A stretch of 64,000 nt of DNA from Methanobacteriota archaeon (GTDB taxonomy: Archaea > Thermoplasmatota > Poseidoniia > Poseidoniales > Poseidoniaceae). Numbering within the stretch: the first letter of the stretch is position 1; the number at the start of each line of letters is the position of its first letter. The stretch lies in assembly GCA_002719815.1 (NCBI GenBank), contig PBET01000024.1:3393-67392 (forward strand). The letters are read 5' to 3'. The position numbers and the translations under genes were made by a program. Under the pieces are notes generated by a model that worked only from the letters and a program-made list of their open reading frames with translations, did no database searches and was not told the origin of the DNA. This document shows, piece after piece, positions 39,087-47,321 of the stretch.

Positions 39087-42000
39087 TCATTCTTGATATT
39101 CGGACCAGTCTTCTGCGCCCTCTTCACGGTACCACCATGTTCCGACTTCATCTTCGTACCATTCTGTTCCATACTCATCGACGGAAATGCCATCGTCGTC
39201 CCCAGATGCTTCTTCAACAGCCACCTCGCTCTCTTCAGAAACTTCTTGTTCCACGACGTCGCCAGAATCGTCAACTTCCGAAATCAAGGCATCACCAGGA
39301 CGTTCGATGACTTCAGGCTCGTCTGCGATTGTCTTGTCCTCAAACTCGTCGAGAGGTTTTCCTTCAGGAATTTCGATTGGTTCTTCTTCCTCTTCAATAA
39401 AGTCGTCCTCTTCGTAGAACGACTCATCTTCAAATGCTGCAGATGCTCTTCGATTCAAAACAACGTAGCCAGCGATTGCAAGTAGGACGACAACTGCACC
39501 AATGCCACCGTAAAGAGCCGTGTTAGACGAACTCTTCTCTTCACCGTCCGTGGTTGGTTCTTCGACATACAATGAAGCTGTCCACGTTACAGTATCGTCG
39601 GTGTATTGGTCAACGAGATCATAATCAGGGGAGCTTGTTCGCAGTTGAATTGTAAATTCCTTTTCAACATCAACGTCTTTTTGTCGAGCCCAAAGCGGGT
39701 CCTCGTATTTTGGAACAAAGGCAACGGTTTCAGATTCATTGGCTGCAATGCTTATCGTTCCAGGCGTTTTGAACAACGAAGGAGATGAGGTCACTGAGAC
39801 AACAACGTTGACTGCAAACGGGTTTGGATTTGTGATAACACATTCAATCGAATCATCAGCATTTTGTTGATTGGTCAGAATGATTGAACTTTCACAGCCG
39901 ATAGTTGCCGATTCAATCGATGTCGGAGCCCAGACTTCTTCTGTTTGGTTGTCAGTTTCATTTTCCTGGATTGGAACGGAATAAGCGTTCAATTGCACAC
40001 CTATCATCGTCGTACCAAACATTTCTCGGTTACCAGAATCAACCATGAATTCAATTTTTGTCATGTTTACAAAAGTGGAAACGATACGAATCTTACCACT
40101 GGAAATCGTTTCGTTACCTTCCATAAGAGCATCCTGAGAACTGTCATCGAATGCTTGCCATTGGATCGTCGTACCTTCAAGTGATGCTTGATGTGCTGAA
40201 TTTTGTTCAACTGCACTCAATGTGACGTTGATGTCAATTGCACTGTTTGCATCCATATCGACCGAAGATGGTCCTGCAAGTTGGACTGTAATGCCCGTAC
40301 CCATGGAAGATTGGGCTGTTGCACTTGCGAAAGGTTGCGTGTTTGGAAGTTCAATGCTCTGCATTTCGACCTCGATATCCACTTGACCCTGACTTGTTGC
40401 GGAATAATCGAGTAGTGTTTGTGGGATGAGTACGTCATGCAAATCTTCAACATCGATAGGAGTCCATTGGCCGCTTGAATCTGTTTGTCCATTCAAGACA
40501 AATTCTTCATCCCCATAGGTCATCGTTAACTCGAGGTTAGCGTTTTCGATTGCAATTGGTTGCTGCGCTTCATCGAGATAGTACGCATCAACATGAATGC
40601 TCATTGGACTTGTTGATTCCAGTACCGGGCTTGTTGCTCCGGAAGGACCGGATTCCACAACCACATCCAATTGACTACTAATGTACGAATTGTTGAATGC
40701 TGTCGTTGGACCTGCAAATGGTAACGCTAGCGATGCGTTGTCATACTGATCAATTGCTGCTACAGCAACCCAGTATTGTTGCCCGTCTTGTATCTCCTCT
40801 GAACTGGTGCTTCCTGTAGCATCTGAATACGCACTGGTGTGCGTAATTTCAAGTTCGGTCGTTGATGAAGAGAGGGTCGAAACAGGTTGGTATGTTATCT
40901 CTCCGATAGTGTAGTCCTTCTCGCTGGTCAATTCAGTGGTAATGGCCGTGCCATCCAAATCGGATTGCGCGACATAGACTCTGTACTCTTCAACACCTGC
41001 ATGTGTACTTGCATCCCATGTTACCTTCATTGGTGCTGAGGCTGTCTCAATGTCCAAATCAATGAGTTGTACATTGGTTACTGCTGTAGGAGCTGCGGGG
41101 TATGGAATCGTCACTTCAAGTGATTGCGAAAGGTTGCTGACGACACCAAATGAATGGATAGAACGGACGATATAGCCATAGGTTGAGCCAATATCAACAT
41201 CGGAATCCGAATAGGAATTTTGTCCTATTACAGCATCATGCGGGGATGAGAAATCGTACGAAGAGGTTGATGACATTCGGAAGACTTGGAACTGTTGGAG
41301 ATCGGAACCAAACTCACTAAGAGCCTGCCACTCGATGGTAACGCCATTTTCAGTCAATGTCTGAACGGTTAGAATCGGTGTTGGAGGCAACGCAAGATTC
41401 GGCGCTCCAAGGGTGTAATTCATGCTCAACAAAGTTGCATCAAATTGACCCGCCTTTGTCGTCTCTACAGGTAGGGTAATCGTGAACGATCCCGATCCAG
41501 GGAGCATTTGTTGGTTGAGTGAATTGCTCAATGAACCGATAATCCCGGCACTTGTTTTTACTTGAAATTCAATATCATAAGCAATGTCAAGGTCTGTGAA
41601 ATTCGCTGTTCCATTTGAGTTGCTTGATAGTGACATCATGTTGGTCACCATTTCAATACCATAACCATCCGAGATTCCAGGGTAGGCAGGTAGGAATGGA
41701 GCAATTGTATCTCGGATGGTATTATCCGCATCGGTTATTTTCAGCACACCGAGATGCGAAAGCGTCGTGCTTGCGTAGCCCTCAGCCCACAAATCATCAT
41801 CACCATCAACATCGGTATCAAGTGAAAGATTGTGCCATGCTCCTATGAATACACCTTGAAGCGATTCACCAGCAAGCACGAATTGATCCATTAGGCCGTC
41901 GTGGTTGATATCTGAAAATTGGATGTCTCTCGGGACTGAATAAGGCGTCAATGGAGAATCACTGGGTGATCCAAGGCCGGTTGCAGATATTGAACGGAAT

Positions 42001-43385
42001 CCAATATCGCCTTCGATTGTTGATGGATTTCCGTCTCCAAATTGGGCATTGGGTGTAAAGAGCGATGGGTTTCCATCGTTGTTGTGATCAGCTACAGTAG
42101 CATTCATTGAATCGAGAACATCCAATATTGCTACCTGATTCCACGAGGATTGATTGTTGACAATAATGACCGATTCTGTTTCTTTTGTAGTCAAGAAATC
42201 GATGTCTCCATCGCCATCAAAATCGCCTGCAACCGAATCCAATGTAAGGTTACGGAACTTCTGGATGTTAGCATTCAGTTGCCGGGTTACAGAATCATAC
42301 GTGATCTCTGTAGCATCGTTCCATGCATCGGAGACAATGATGACGTTTTCACTTCGGTCGAAGAAATCCCCGACCCTTAGACTGCGCATGCTTGTTCGCC
42401 CCTGGCCGAAATTCCATCGAAAAACAGGAATGTCGTCATCTTGGCGAACGGCGTCAGTCGAACCATTAAACAACGTCAACGAAACAAGGCCTTGTCCTGA
42501 GTATCCATGAATGGTGATGAAATCTGGATAATTATCGCCGTTCATATCAGCGATTTGAACATCGATTGGACTGCTTGTAATATTGACGCTGAACGATGGA
42601 TCATACGTCATTGTTGTCGAATTGAAATAGTGAATGCACATCATTGCGCTCCCTAACGAAAATGTGACTACGTCATCGTGTGAATCGTTGTTCATGTCTG
42701 CAATTCGCATCTGATCTGAGTTGATACACGTGGATGTCCAGCCAGTCAGATTGTATTGCATTGTTGTTGCATTGCTTTCAACAACAGCAAAACCTGTGTT
42801 TACTCCTGTGGTTGCATTCTGGGTTGAGAAAACAAAAGCATCGGTCATACCATCTGCATTTGAATCTCCGAGCAACATTTGTCGCACAGCACCGACTGCA
42901 ATATACTGGCCATCTATTTCAGGCGTATATGTGATGTTTGCTTGACTGGATTGTAGAGTAGCGTTCTTCGGTAGCAAAATTGGAGAAGGCATGCCCGAAC
43001 TATTGTTCAACTGAATTGTATCATAGATTGAACCTGTTTGAAAGGAATTTTGATGCGCCAAGTCGCCATAACCAATCCCAGAATATGCCCATATCGTGTC
43101 TCCAGTACTGCTGTTTATCCAAACGTTACCGGGTGTATCTGCCGCAGATTGACCCTCAACAACAAAGGAGGCATCTTGGAATGTTACATTTCGTTCAAGA
43201 TCCAATTGCAGTATCGTTGATGTATTATTTCCATCGGATGTAACCGTAATGGATGCTGCTCCTCCTGTGAAGGAATTTACTTGCGTCGTACCACTCGCAA
43301 ATGACTGCGGAACAAAGAGAAGTGGAGCAACAAACAACACCACGAGAAAGAGGGCTTTTTTATTCAATCGAGATTCTTGCATCAT
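39087..43385 (-). CDS. Giant (1432 aa) cell-surface protein: signal peptide, FG-GAP/VCBS-like Ca-binding repeats and Ig/FN3-like region, C-terminal TM anchor and poly-acidic cytoplasmic tail
   Basis: ADMNNDSHDDVV, ADMNGDNYPDF, DFDGDGDIDF, NNDGNPSLF repeats; S/T-rich; C-terminus LYGGIGAVVVLLAIAGYVVL followed by EDESFYEEDDFIEEEEEP. Confidence 0.7.
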   Translation of the reverse strand: MMQESRLNKKALFLVVLFVAPLLFVPQSFASGTTQVNSFTGGAASITVTSDGNNTSTILQLDLERNVTFQDASFVVEGQSAADTPGNVWINSSTGDTIWAYSGIGYGDLAHQNSFQTGSIYDTIQLNNSSGMPSPILLPKNATLQSSQANITYTPEIDGQYIAVGAVRQMLLGDSNADGMTDAFVFSTQNATTGVNTGFAVVESNATTMQYNLTGWTSTCINSDQMRIADMNNDSHDDVVTFSLGSAMMCIHYFNSTTMTYDPSFSVNITSSPIDVQIADMNGDNYPDFITIHGYSGQGLVSLTLFNGSTDAVRQDDDIPVFRWNFGQGRTSMRSLRVGDFFDRSENVIIVSDAWNDATEITYDSVTRQLNANIQKFRNLTLDSVAGDFDGDGDIDFLTTKETESVIIVNNQSSWNQVAILDVLDSMNATVADHNNDGNPSLFTPNAQFGDGNPSTIEGDIGFRSISATGLGSPSDSPLTPYSVPRDIQFSDINHDGLMDQFVLAGESLQGVFIGAWHNLSLDTDVDGDDDLWAEGYASTTLSHLGVLKITDADNTIRDTIAPFLPAYPGISDGYGIEMVTNMMSLSSNSNGTANFTDLDIAYDIEFQVKTSAGIIGSLSNSLNQQMLPGSGSFTITLPVETTKAGQFDATLLSMNYTLGAPNLALPPTPILTVQTLTENGVTIEWQALSEFGSDLQQFQVFRMSSTSSYDFSSPHDAVIGQNSYSDSDVDIGSTYGYIVRSIHSFGVVSNLSQSLEVTIPYPAAPTAVTNVQLIDLDIETASAPMKVTWDASTHAGVEEYRVYVAQSDLDGTAITTELTSEKDYTIGEITYQPVSTLSSSTTELEITHTSAYSDATGSTSSEEIQDGQQYWVAVAAIDQYDNASLALPFAGPTTAFNNSYISSQLDVVVESGPSGATSPVLESTSPMSIHVDAYYLDEAQQPIAIENANLELTMTYGDEEFVLNGQTDSSGQWTPIDVEDLHDVLIPQTLLDYSATSQGQVDIEVEMQSIELPNTQPFASATAQSSMGTGITVQLAGPSSVDMDANSAIDINVTLSAVEQNSAHQASLEGTTIQWQAFDDSSQDALMEGNETISSGKIRIVSTFVNMTKIEFMVDSGNREMFGTTMIGVQLNAYSVPIQENETDNQTEEVWAPTSIESATIGCESSIILTNQQNADDSIECVITNPNPFAVNVVVSVTSSPSLFKTPGTISIAANESETVAFVPKYEDPLWARQKDVDVEKEFTIQLRTSSPDYDLVDQYTDDTVTWTASLYVEEPTTDGEEKSSSNTALYGGIGAVVVLLAIAGYVVLNRRASAAFEDESFYEEDDFIEEEEEPIEIPEGKPLDEFEDKTIADEPEVIERPGDALISEVDDSGDVVEQEVSEESEVAVEEASGDDDGISVDEYGTEWYEDEVGTWWYREEGAEDWSEYQE

Positions 43386-43507
43386 GCCACCTTATCGCGG
43401 ACACGACAAACTTCTACTTCAAGTCGATGACTCAAATCGAGAAGATGGCCTCACTTGAAGCAGAGATGCACAAGACGGAATGTTAGGCGCTCATACAAAC
43501 ATTATCA

Positions 43508-44038
43508 ATGAGAGGAATTGTGGATGATACTGATACGATGGTAACACAAGCCAAAATTTTCATCTCTGCTGGTGACTTTGAAATCGACATCAGCGGAGCA
43601 ACTGTTGAAGTTGATGCTCGCTTGATTCAGATGCGCCATGACGATACCTGGTCAATTGTCCTGCAGCGTCTGAGAGACGCTCGGGATGCTGCTATCGACG
43701 CTGCAATTGATGCTGCACGAGAAGTTGGACTCCCAGAACGTGGGTTCGCTTTCCGTTCATTGGTTGACAACTGTTCCTTGGTCAAAAAACCAGATCAAGT
43801 CCTTGCGGCGATTCACTACCTGCGTGATGTAGAACGCATCAATGACAGTCCTCCACGGGTTGTCAATCAACTGTTTACCGATGCAGGAATTGAGCCACCT
43901 GGCAACCTCAGCTTGTACCTAAACAGGCTCAAAGAGCGCGGTCTATTGATGGTACCAATCGAATATGGGGATAAGAACAGATTTTCTCTCCTCACCGATG
44001 CTGGCAGGGCGCACCTTGACAAACAATCAACATCCTGA
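43508..44038 (+). CDS. Hypothetical protein with C-terminal winged-helix-like segment (non-acidic)
   Basis: NLSLYLNRLKERGLLMVPIEYGDKNRFSLLTDAGRAHL resembles a wHTH recognition helix plus wing; 8-bp gap to downstream pentapeptide-repeat gene. Confidence 0.4.
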   Translation: MRGIVDDTDTMVTQAKIFISAGDFEIDISGATVEVDARLIQMRHDDTWSIVLQRLRDARDAAIDAAIDAAREVGLPERGFAFRSLVDNCSLVKKPDQVLAAIHYLRDVERINDSPPRVVNQLFTDAGIEPPGNLSLYLNRLKERGLLMVPIEYGDKNRFSLLTDAGRAHLDKQSTS

Positions 44039-44045
44039 GTGAATT

Positions 44046-44504
44046 ATGGTAATGTCTGGAGGAGGGGAGGGCGACCCCCGAGACGACCCCGATGAGTCAA
44101 AGACAGAACTCATCGATTGTTCCTACCAAAACCATGCGAAAGCCATCTTCAGGAAAGGGCGCCATCGTGGGTCAACCTTTCGAAGAGCCATTCTGGATGG
44201 TGCCGATCTCACAGAAGGAGACTTTTCTGAGTGCGACTTTCGGAGAGCTTCGATGGTTGAAGCCGATTTAATGAAATCAGCATTCGATGGTGCTGATTTT
44301 CGAGGAGCTGACCTCAGAAAAGCCCGATGCAATCTCTCAAATTTTCGGAATTGCAAATTGGAAGGAGCTGATTTACGCGGCATTCGTGGGAAATATGCTA
44401 TTTGGCAAGGAAGCGATTGGTGGAATGCGATTCTAAACGACGACCTTGCCAAGGCTTTGGCGAAAAAATGGCCCCGTCCAACAGATCATTCAGACTCATC
44501 CTGA
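44046..44504 (+). CDS. Pentapeptide-repeat protein
   Basis: Tandem A(D/N)LxX repeats: GADLTEGDFSECDFRRASMVEADLMKSAFDGADFRGADLRKARCNLSNFRNCKLEGADLRG. Confidence 0.7.
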   Translation: MVMSGGGEGDPRDDPDESKTELIDCSYQNHAKAIFRKGRHRGSTFRRAILDGADLTEGDFSECDFRRASMVEADLMKSAFDGADFRGADLRKARCNLSNFRNCKLEGADLRGIRGKYAIWQGSDWWNAILNDDLAKALAKKWPRPTDHSDSS

Positions 44505-45055
44505 ACAAGAACAACCTTGTTCGCCTCTTGAAACGCCAAACGGGCACGAGCGTTGATGAGCGGAAGAAGCGCCAACGCTGCAAAAAAGAACGTGCAGATT
44601 CCGCAAGTATATCCAAAATACTCAGCAGTATCTTGTATCGTTCCATTCAGATGCTTCTGTGCCGCATCATGAAAGACCATATTTCCTACAATACCCCCAA
44701 AGAAAGAAATAAGCGCTCCAGAAAGTGCAATTTTACTTCCAACTGGTTTCATTCGAAAGAGAAGTATGCCGCCAACAAATCCAGCCGCACTACCAAGACC
44801 TAAGGACACGCCACGAATGAGGTAGCCATTGTTCTCGTTCACTTCCTTGTGATACGATTGATAGGCATCGAAGGATATGTTGTCACCTTGTTGGTTCGGA
44901 GTTTCAAGAATCTCGGCCATGAATTCATCTGAGACCTCTTCTTGATTTGCAAGATCGAGGTCAGCTTTTGCGACAAGTGCAAAGAAAACTGAACAAACGA
45001 TCAAGAGAATTGCAACTGTCTTTGGACCTTTGTGGTCGGGACGAATCGCAAACAT
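44486..45055 (-). CDS. Membrane protein, hypothetical
   Basis: Several hydrophobic helices. The ORF extends to 45220 and overlaps the thioesterase; the start is ambiguous (45055 avoids overlap). Confidence 0.35.
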   Translation of the reverse strand: MFAIRPDHKGPKTVAILLIVCSVFFALVAKADLDLANQEEVSDEFMAEILETPNQQGDNISFDAYQSYHKEVNENNGYLIRGVSLGLGSAAGFVGGILLFRMKPVGSKIALSGALISFFGGIVGNMVFHDAAQKHLNGTIQDTAEYFGYTCGICTFFFAALALLPLINARARLAFQEANKVVLVQDESE

Positions 45056-45071
45056 ATCGGCATCCGTTCCG

Positions 45072-45497
45072 TCATTCATTCGCTTCATCTCTCCCGCATG
45101 ATTCGAGTCCATCTCGTAGGTGGCCCGGTATTGGCATTCGTTGCATTGAATCCATATTGACACATACAGTGACGTGTGTTGATGTCCAAAGCAATTCGTC
45201 GCGTTGATTTCGGAATTCATAACGCCATGTGCACGAGGATCCTCCTACGTTCTCAATCCAAATGGTTGCAGTAATCGTATCTCCATAACGTAACGGCGCA
45301 TGGAAGTCTGCTTCAACGTGGACGACTGGAAACCCAATCTTTTGTTCAAGCAGTAGATCTGCATATCGAACACCGCATATACTAACCCAAGAATCCTCAA
45401 AAAAACGATGTGCAAGATCAAAGATTCGGGGATAATAGGCAATATTTGCAAGGTCGACCATTGGGAAATCAACCCCTCGCTCAAGGTGAACTGCCAT
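45072..45497 (-). CDS. Hotdog-fold acyl-CoA thioesterase (4HBT/YbgC-like)
   Basis: PMVDLANIAYYPRIFDLAHRFFED...VVHVEADFHAPLRYGDTI; family-typical start at internal Met (ORF to 45545). Confidence 0.65.
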   Translation of the reverse strand: MAVHLERGVDFPMVDLANIAYYPRIFDLAHRFFEDSWVSICGVRYADLLLEQKIGFPVVHVEADFHAPLRYGDTITATIWIENVGGSSCTWRYEFRNQRDELLWTSTHVTVCVNMDSMQRMPIPGHLRDGLESCGRDEANE

Positions 45498-45561
45498 ATC
45501 CATTCCAAGGCTATCCGCATGATGAACTCTTGTACAGGCTTGCACATGAAGTTCCGTTGTG

Positions 45562-45570
45562 CTTATATCA
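45562..45570 (+). promoter_or_regulatory. TATA-like box CTTATATCA ~30 bp upstream of tRNA-Arg
   Basis: Position and sequence fit the archaeal -26/-30 TATA placement relative to the tRNA 5' end at 45596. Confidence 0.35.
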
Positions 45571-45595
45571 AGTCGTCAGGTGGAACGAATACCCC

Positions 45596-45672
45596 GGCCC
45601 CTTGGGGTAGTTTGGATATCCTTCGACCCTGCGGAGGTTGAGACCCGTGTTCGAATCGCGGAGGGGCCGCCA
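45596..45672 (+). tRNA. tRNA-Arg (anticodon GCG), genomically encoded CCA
   Basis: Acceptor GGCCCCU/AGGGGCC (7 bp), U8, D-arm GGGU/AUCC with A14 and G18G19, anticodon loop CU-GCG-GA (U33, G37), T-arm CCGUG-UUCGAAU-CGCGG, discriminator G, CCA. One extra nucleotide between the D and anticodon stems in my hand fold. Confidence 0.65.
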
Positions 45673-45674
45673 AC

Positions 45675-46571
45675 TCAAGATGTTGCTCGCTCTGCGGCGT
45701 CAGCCTCAAGTCGCTTTGCAACTGGTGCGTGGTGCTTGGCAACCTGTCGCATGAAGTATTCATCAGAAGCATACATCTCATCTTGGATAAGAACACGCGG
45801 GGAGTCTGAAAGCAATTCAACCAAGCTCAAGACATCGTCGTAATGGTAGCAATATTCGAACTGAGATGAATCTTGCACAACCTTCGTCCACTTTCGTTGA
45901 TTCTTTTTCTTGAAGTAAATGGTAAATCCATCAACCAATGGATTGGCGTCCGTTACTCGCCACTTCCATCCATCTGTTCCCTTGACTTCAACGGCGGCTT
46001 CTTCGGGCTTGAATTTAGCAGCGGTTGTGGATTCGATCCATGTCTTCATCGCTTTGGAAGCTGGACTTTCATTCAATCCATAGAGAAGGAGCATGGCTCT
46101 TCGCAGAGGACCATGTGCGGGGTGTTGGATAAATTTGTCATCGTTCAGCAGCATCAAGAAATACGAGTCGAGAATGTCACAGCCTGGCAGGTCTGCCACG
46201 TTCTTGTAGTCAGGTTGAATGCAAACAGATGTCTCTTTCCCCTTCGTTTCCCCTTTTCGGGTTGTTTTTGTTGTCTGTAGGCCACTTCCTCCTGCAAATG
46301 GGTTCTTCAATCGAGAAAGAATCGATTCAAGAGGAATGGTATACGTAGCAAGATTACCGAGAATAACGATGTTTTCCGCATCAAAGAGAATCCTATCTGG
46401 ATTTTTGTTGATGGTTTTCATCAGATAATCGAACGATGTGTGCATTGCTTCGAAACTATCGTTGATTTGTCCTTGAAATTGCTCAAGCTTCTTTGTTTGG
46501 TATTCTGCCGAGGGCGAGGGGTACTCGATTTCTTCTTCAGCCATTTGAAATGTCTCGTCGTCCATGAACAT
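45675..46571 (-). CDS. Hypothetical protein (298 aa), no recognisable motif; K-rich internal segment
   Basis: Long ORF ending 2 nt after the tRNA CCA; not acidic like its neighbours. Confidence 0.45.
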   Translation of the reverse strand: MFMDDETFQMAEEEIEYPSPSAEYQTKKLEQFQGQINDSFEAMHTSFDYLMKTINKNPDRILFDAENIVILGNLATYTIPLESILSRLKNPFAGGSGLQTTKTTRKGETKGKETSVCIQPDYKNVADLPGCDILDSYFLMLLNDDKFIQHPAHGPLRRAMLLLYGLNESPASKAMKTWIESTTAAKFKPEEAAVEVKGTDGWKWRVTDANPLVDGFTIYFKKKNQRKWTKVVQDSSQFEYCYHYDDVLSLVELLSDSPRVLIQDEMYASDEYFMRQVAKHHAPVAKRLEADAAERATS

Positions 46572-46595
46572 CTCTCAATTCGAGAGTATTTGAAC

Positions 46596-47267
46596 TCAAG
46601 ATGGCCAATGGACAATTTCCCACTCTTGTTCCTCTGCAAATTTTTGCAATGGTCCTTCTGGATTGACAGCAATCGCATGGCCACATATTCGCATAAACCA
46701 CGAGTCAGCAAGCGTGTTTCCATAGCCATAACACTTGGACAAATCATGCCTATTAATCTCAGCATCCTTTTCCACAACAGGCACCTTTCCTTTTCGCCGT
46801 GGAACAGACCATCCTCGTTCAGATCCTGACAACCAACCTGAACGTGTTTCAGGCCCACACCCATAGACAGCATCCATGCCAAGAACGCGTGCCATGGCCT
46901 CAGCCATTGGTGCGACCGTCGCCGTCACCAGCACCAAACGATGGTCTTGGTTTCGATGCCATTCCAATCGATCCCACGCTCCTTGAGAGATTTTTGCTTT
47001 GAGCATCGATGTTGCGATTTCATCCGAATATTGCTCAAGTATGCGCCAGGACGCAAGCGAAAGGTGGCCGCGGTTTCGTAGAGCATCGTAAGGTGCCTTT
47101 CCTGTGAGAAGGCCAAACGTAGCTCCAAGGACCCATGCAACTGTTGCATGCGGAATTCTCCACGGACGTCGCTTGGCGAGAACACCCGTCAGTGTCTTCT
47201 CACTGGAAGCGTTGAGCAATGTACCATCGAGGTCGAAATATGCGGCTACTTCACTACCCTCGCCCAT
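46596..47267 (-). CDS. HAD-superfamily hydrolase (HAD-IB/phosphoserine-phosphatase-like)
   Basis: Motif I YFDLDGTLL right after the proposed start (ATG 47265-47267); ORF extends to 47315. Confidence 0.6.
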   Translation of the reverse strand: MGEGSEVAAYFDLDGTLLNASSEKTLTGVLAKRRPWRIPHATVAWVLGATFGLLTGKAPYDALRNRGHLSLASWRILEQYSDEIATSMLKAKISQGAWDRLEWHRNQDHRLVLVTATVAPMAEAMARVLGMDAVYGCGPETRSGWLSGSERGWSVPRRKGKVPVVEKDAEINRHDLSKCYGYGNTLADSWFMRICGHAIAVNPEGPLQKFAEEQEWEIVHWPS

Positions 47268-47321
47268 GGTTTGTGCACTTGAAATCAATTCAAGAGGTCG
47301 TCGGTTCAAATCCACCGAATC

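Noticed and set aside
47303-47313. GGTTCAAATCC T-loop-like motif in the divergent region between the HAD hydrolase and the MFS fusion gene; possible tRNA or att-site remnant
   Set aside because: Flanking bases (CGTCGG ... CCACCG) do not form a T-stem (two central mismatches). No acceptor, D or anticodon arm can be folded on either strand. It does not match the 3' end of the tRNA-Arg at 45596-45672.
45596-47320. Integrated mobile element downstream of tRNA-Arg
   Set aside because: No integrase/recombinase-like ORF and no direct repeat of the tRNA 3' half were found within the next several kb. The downstream genes (hypothetical, HAD hydrolase) are not mobile-element hallmarks.
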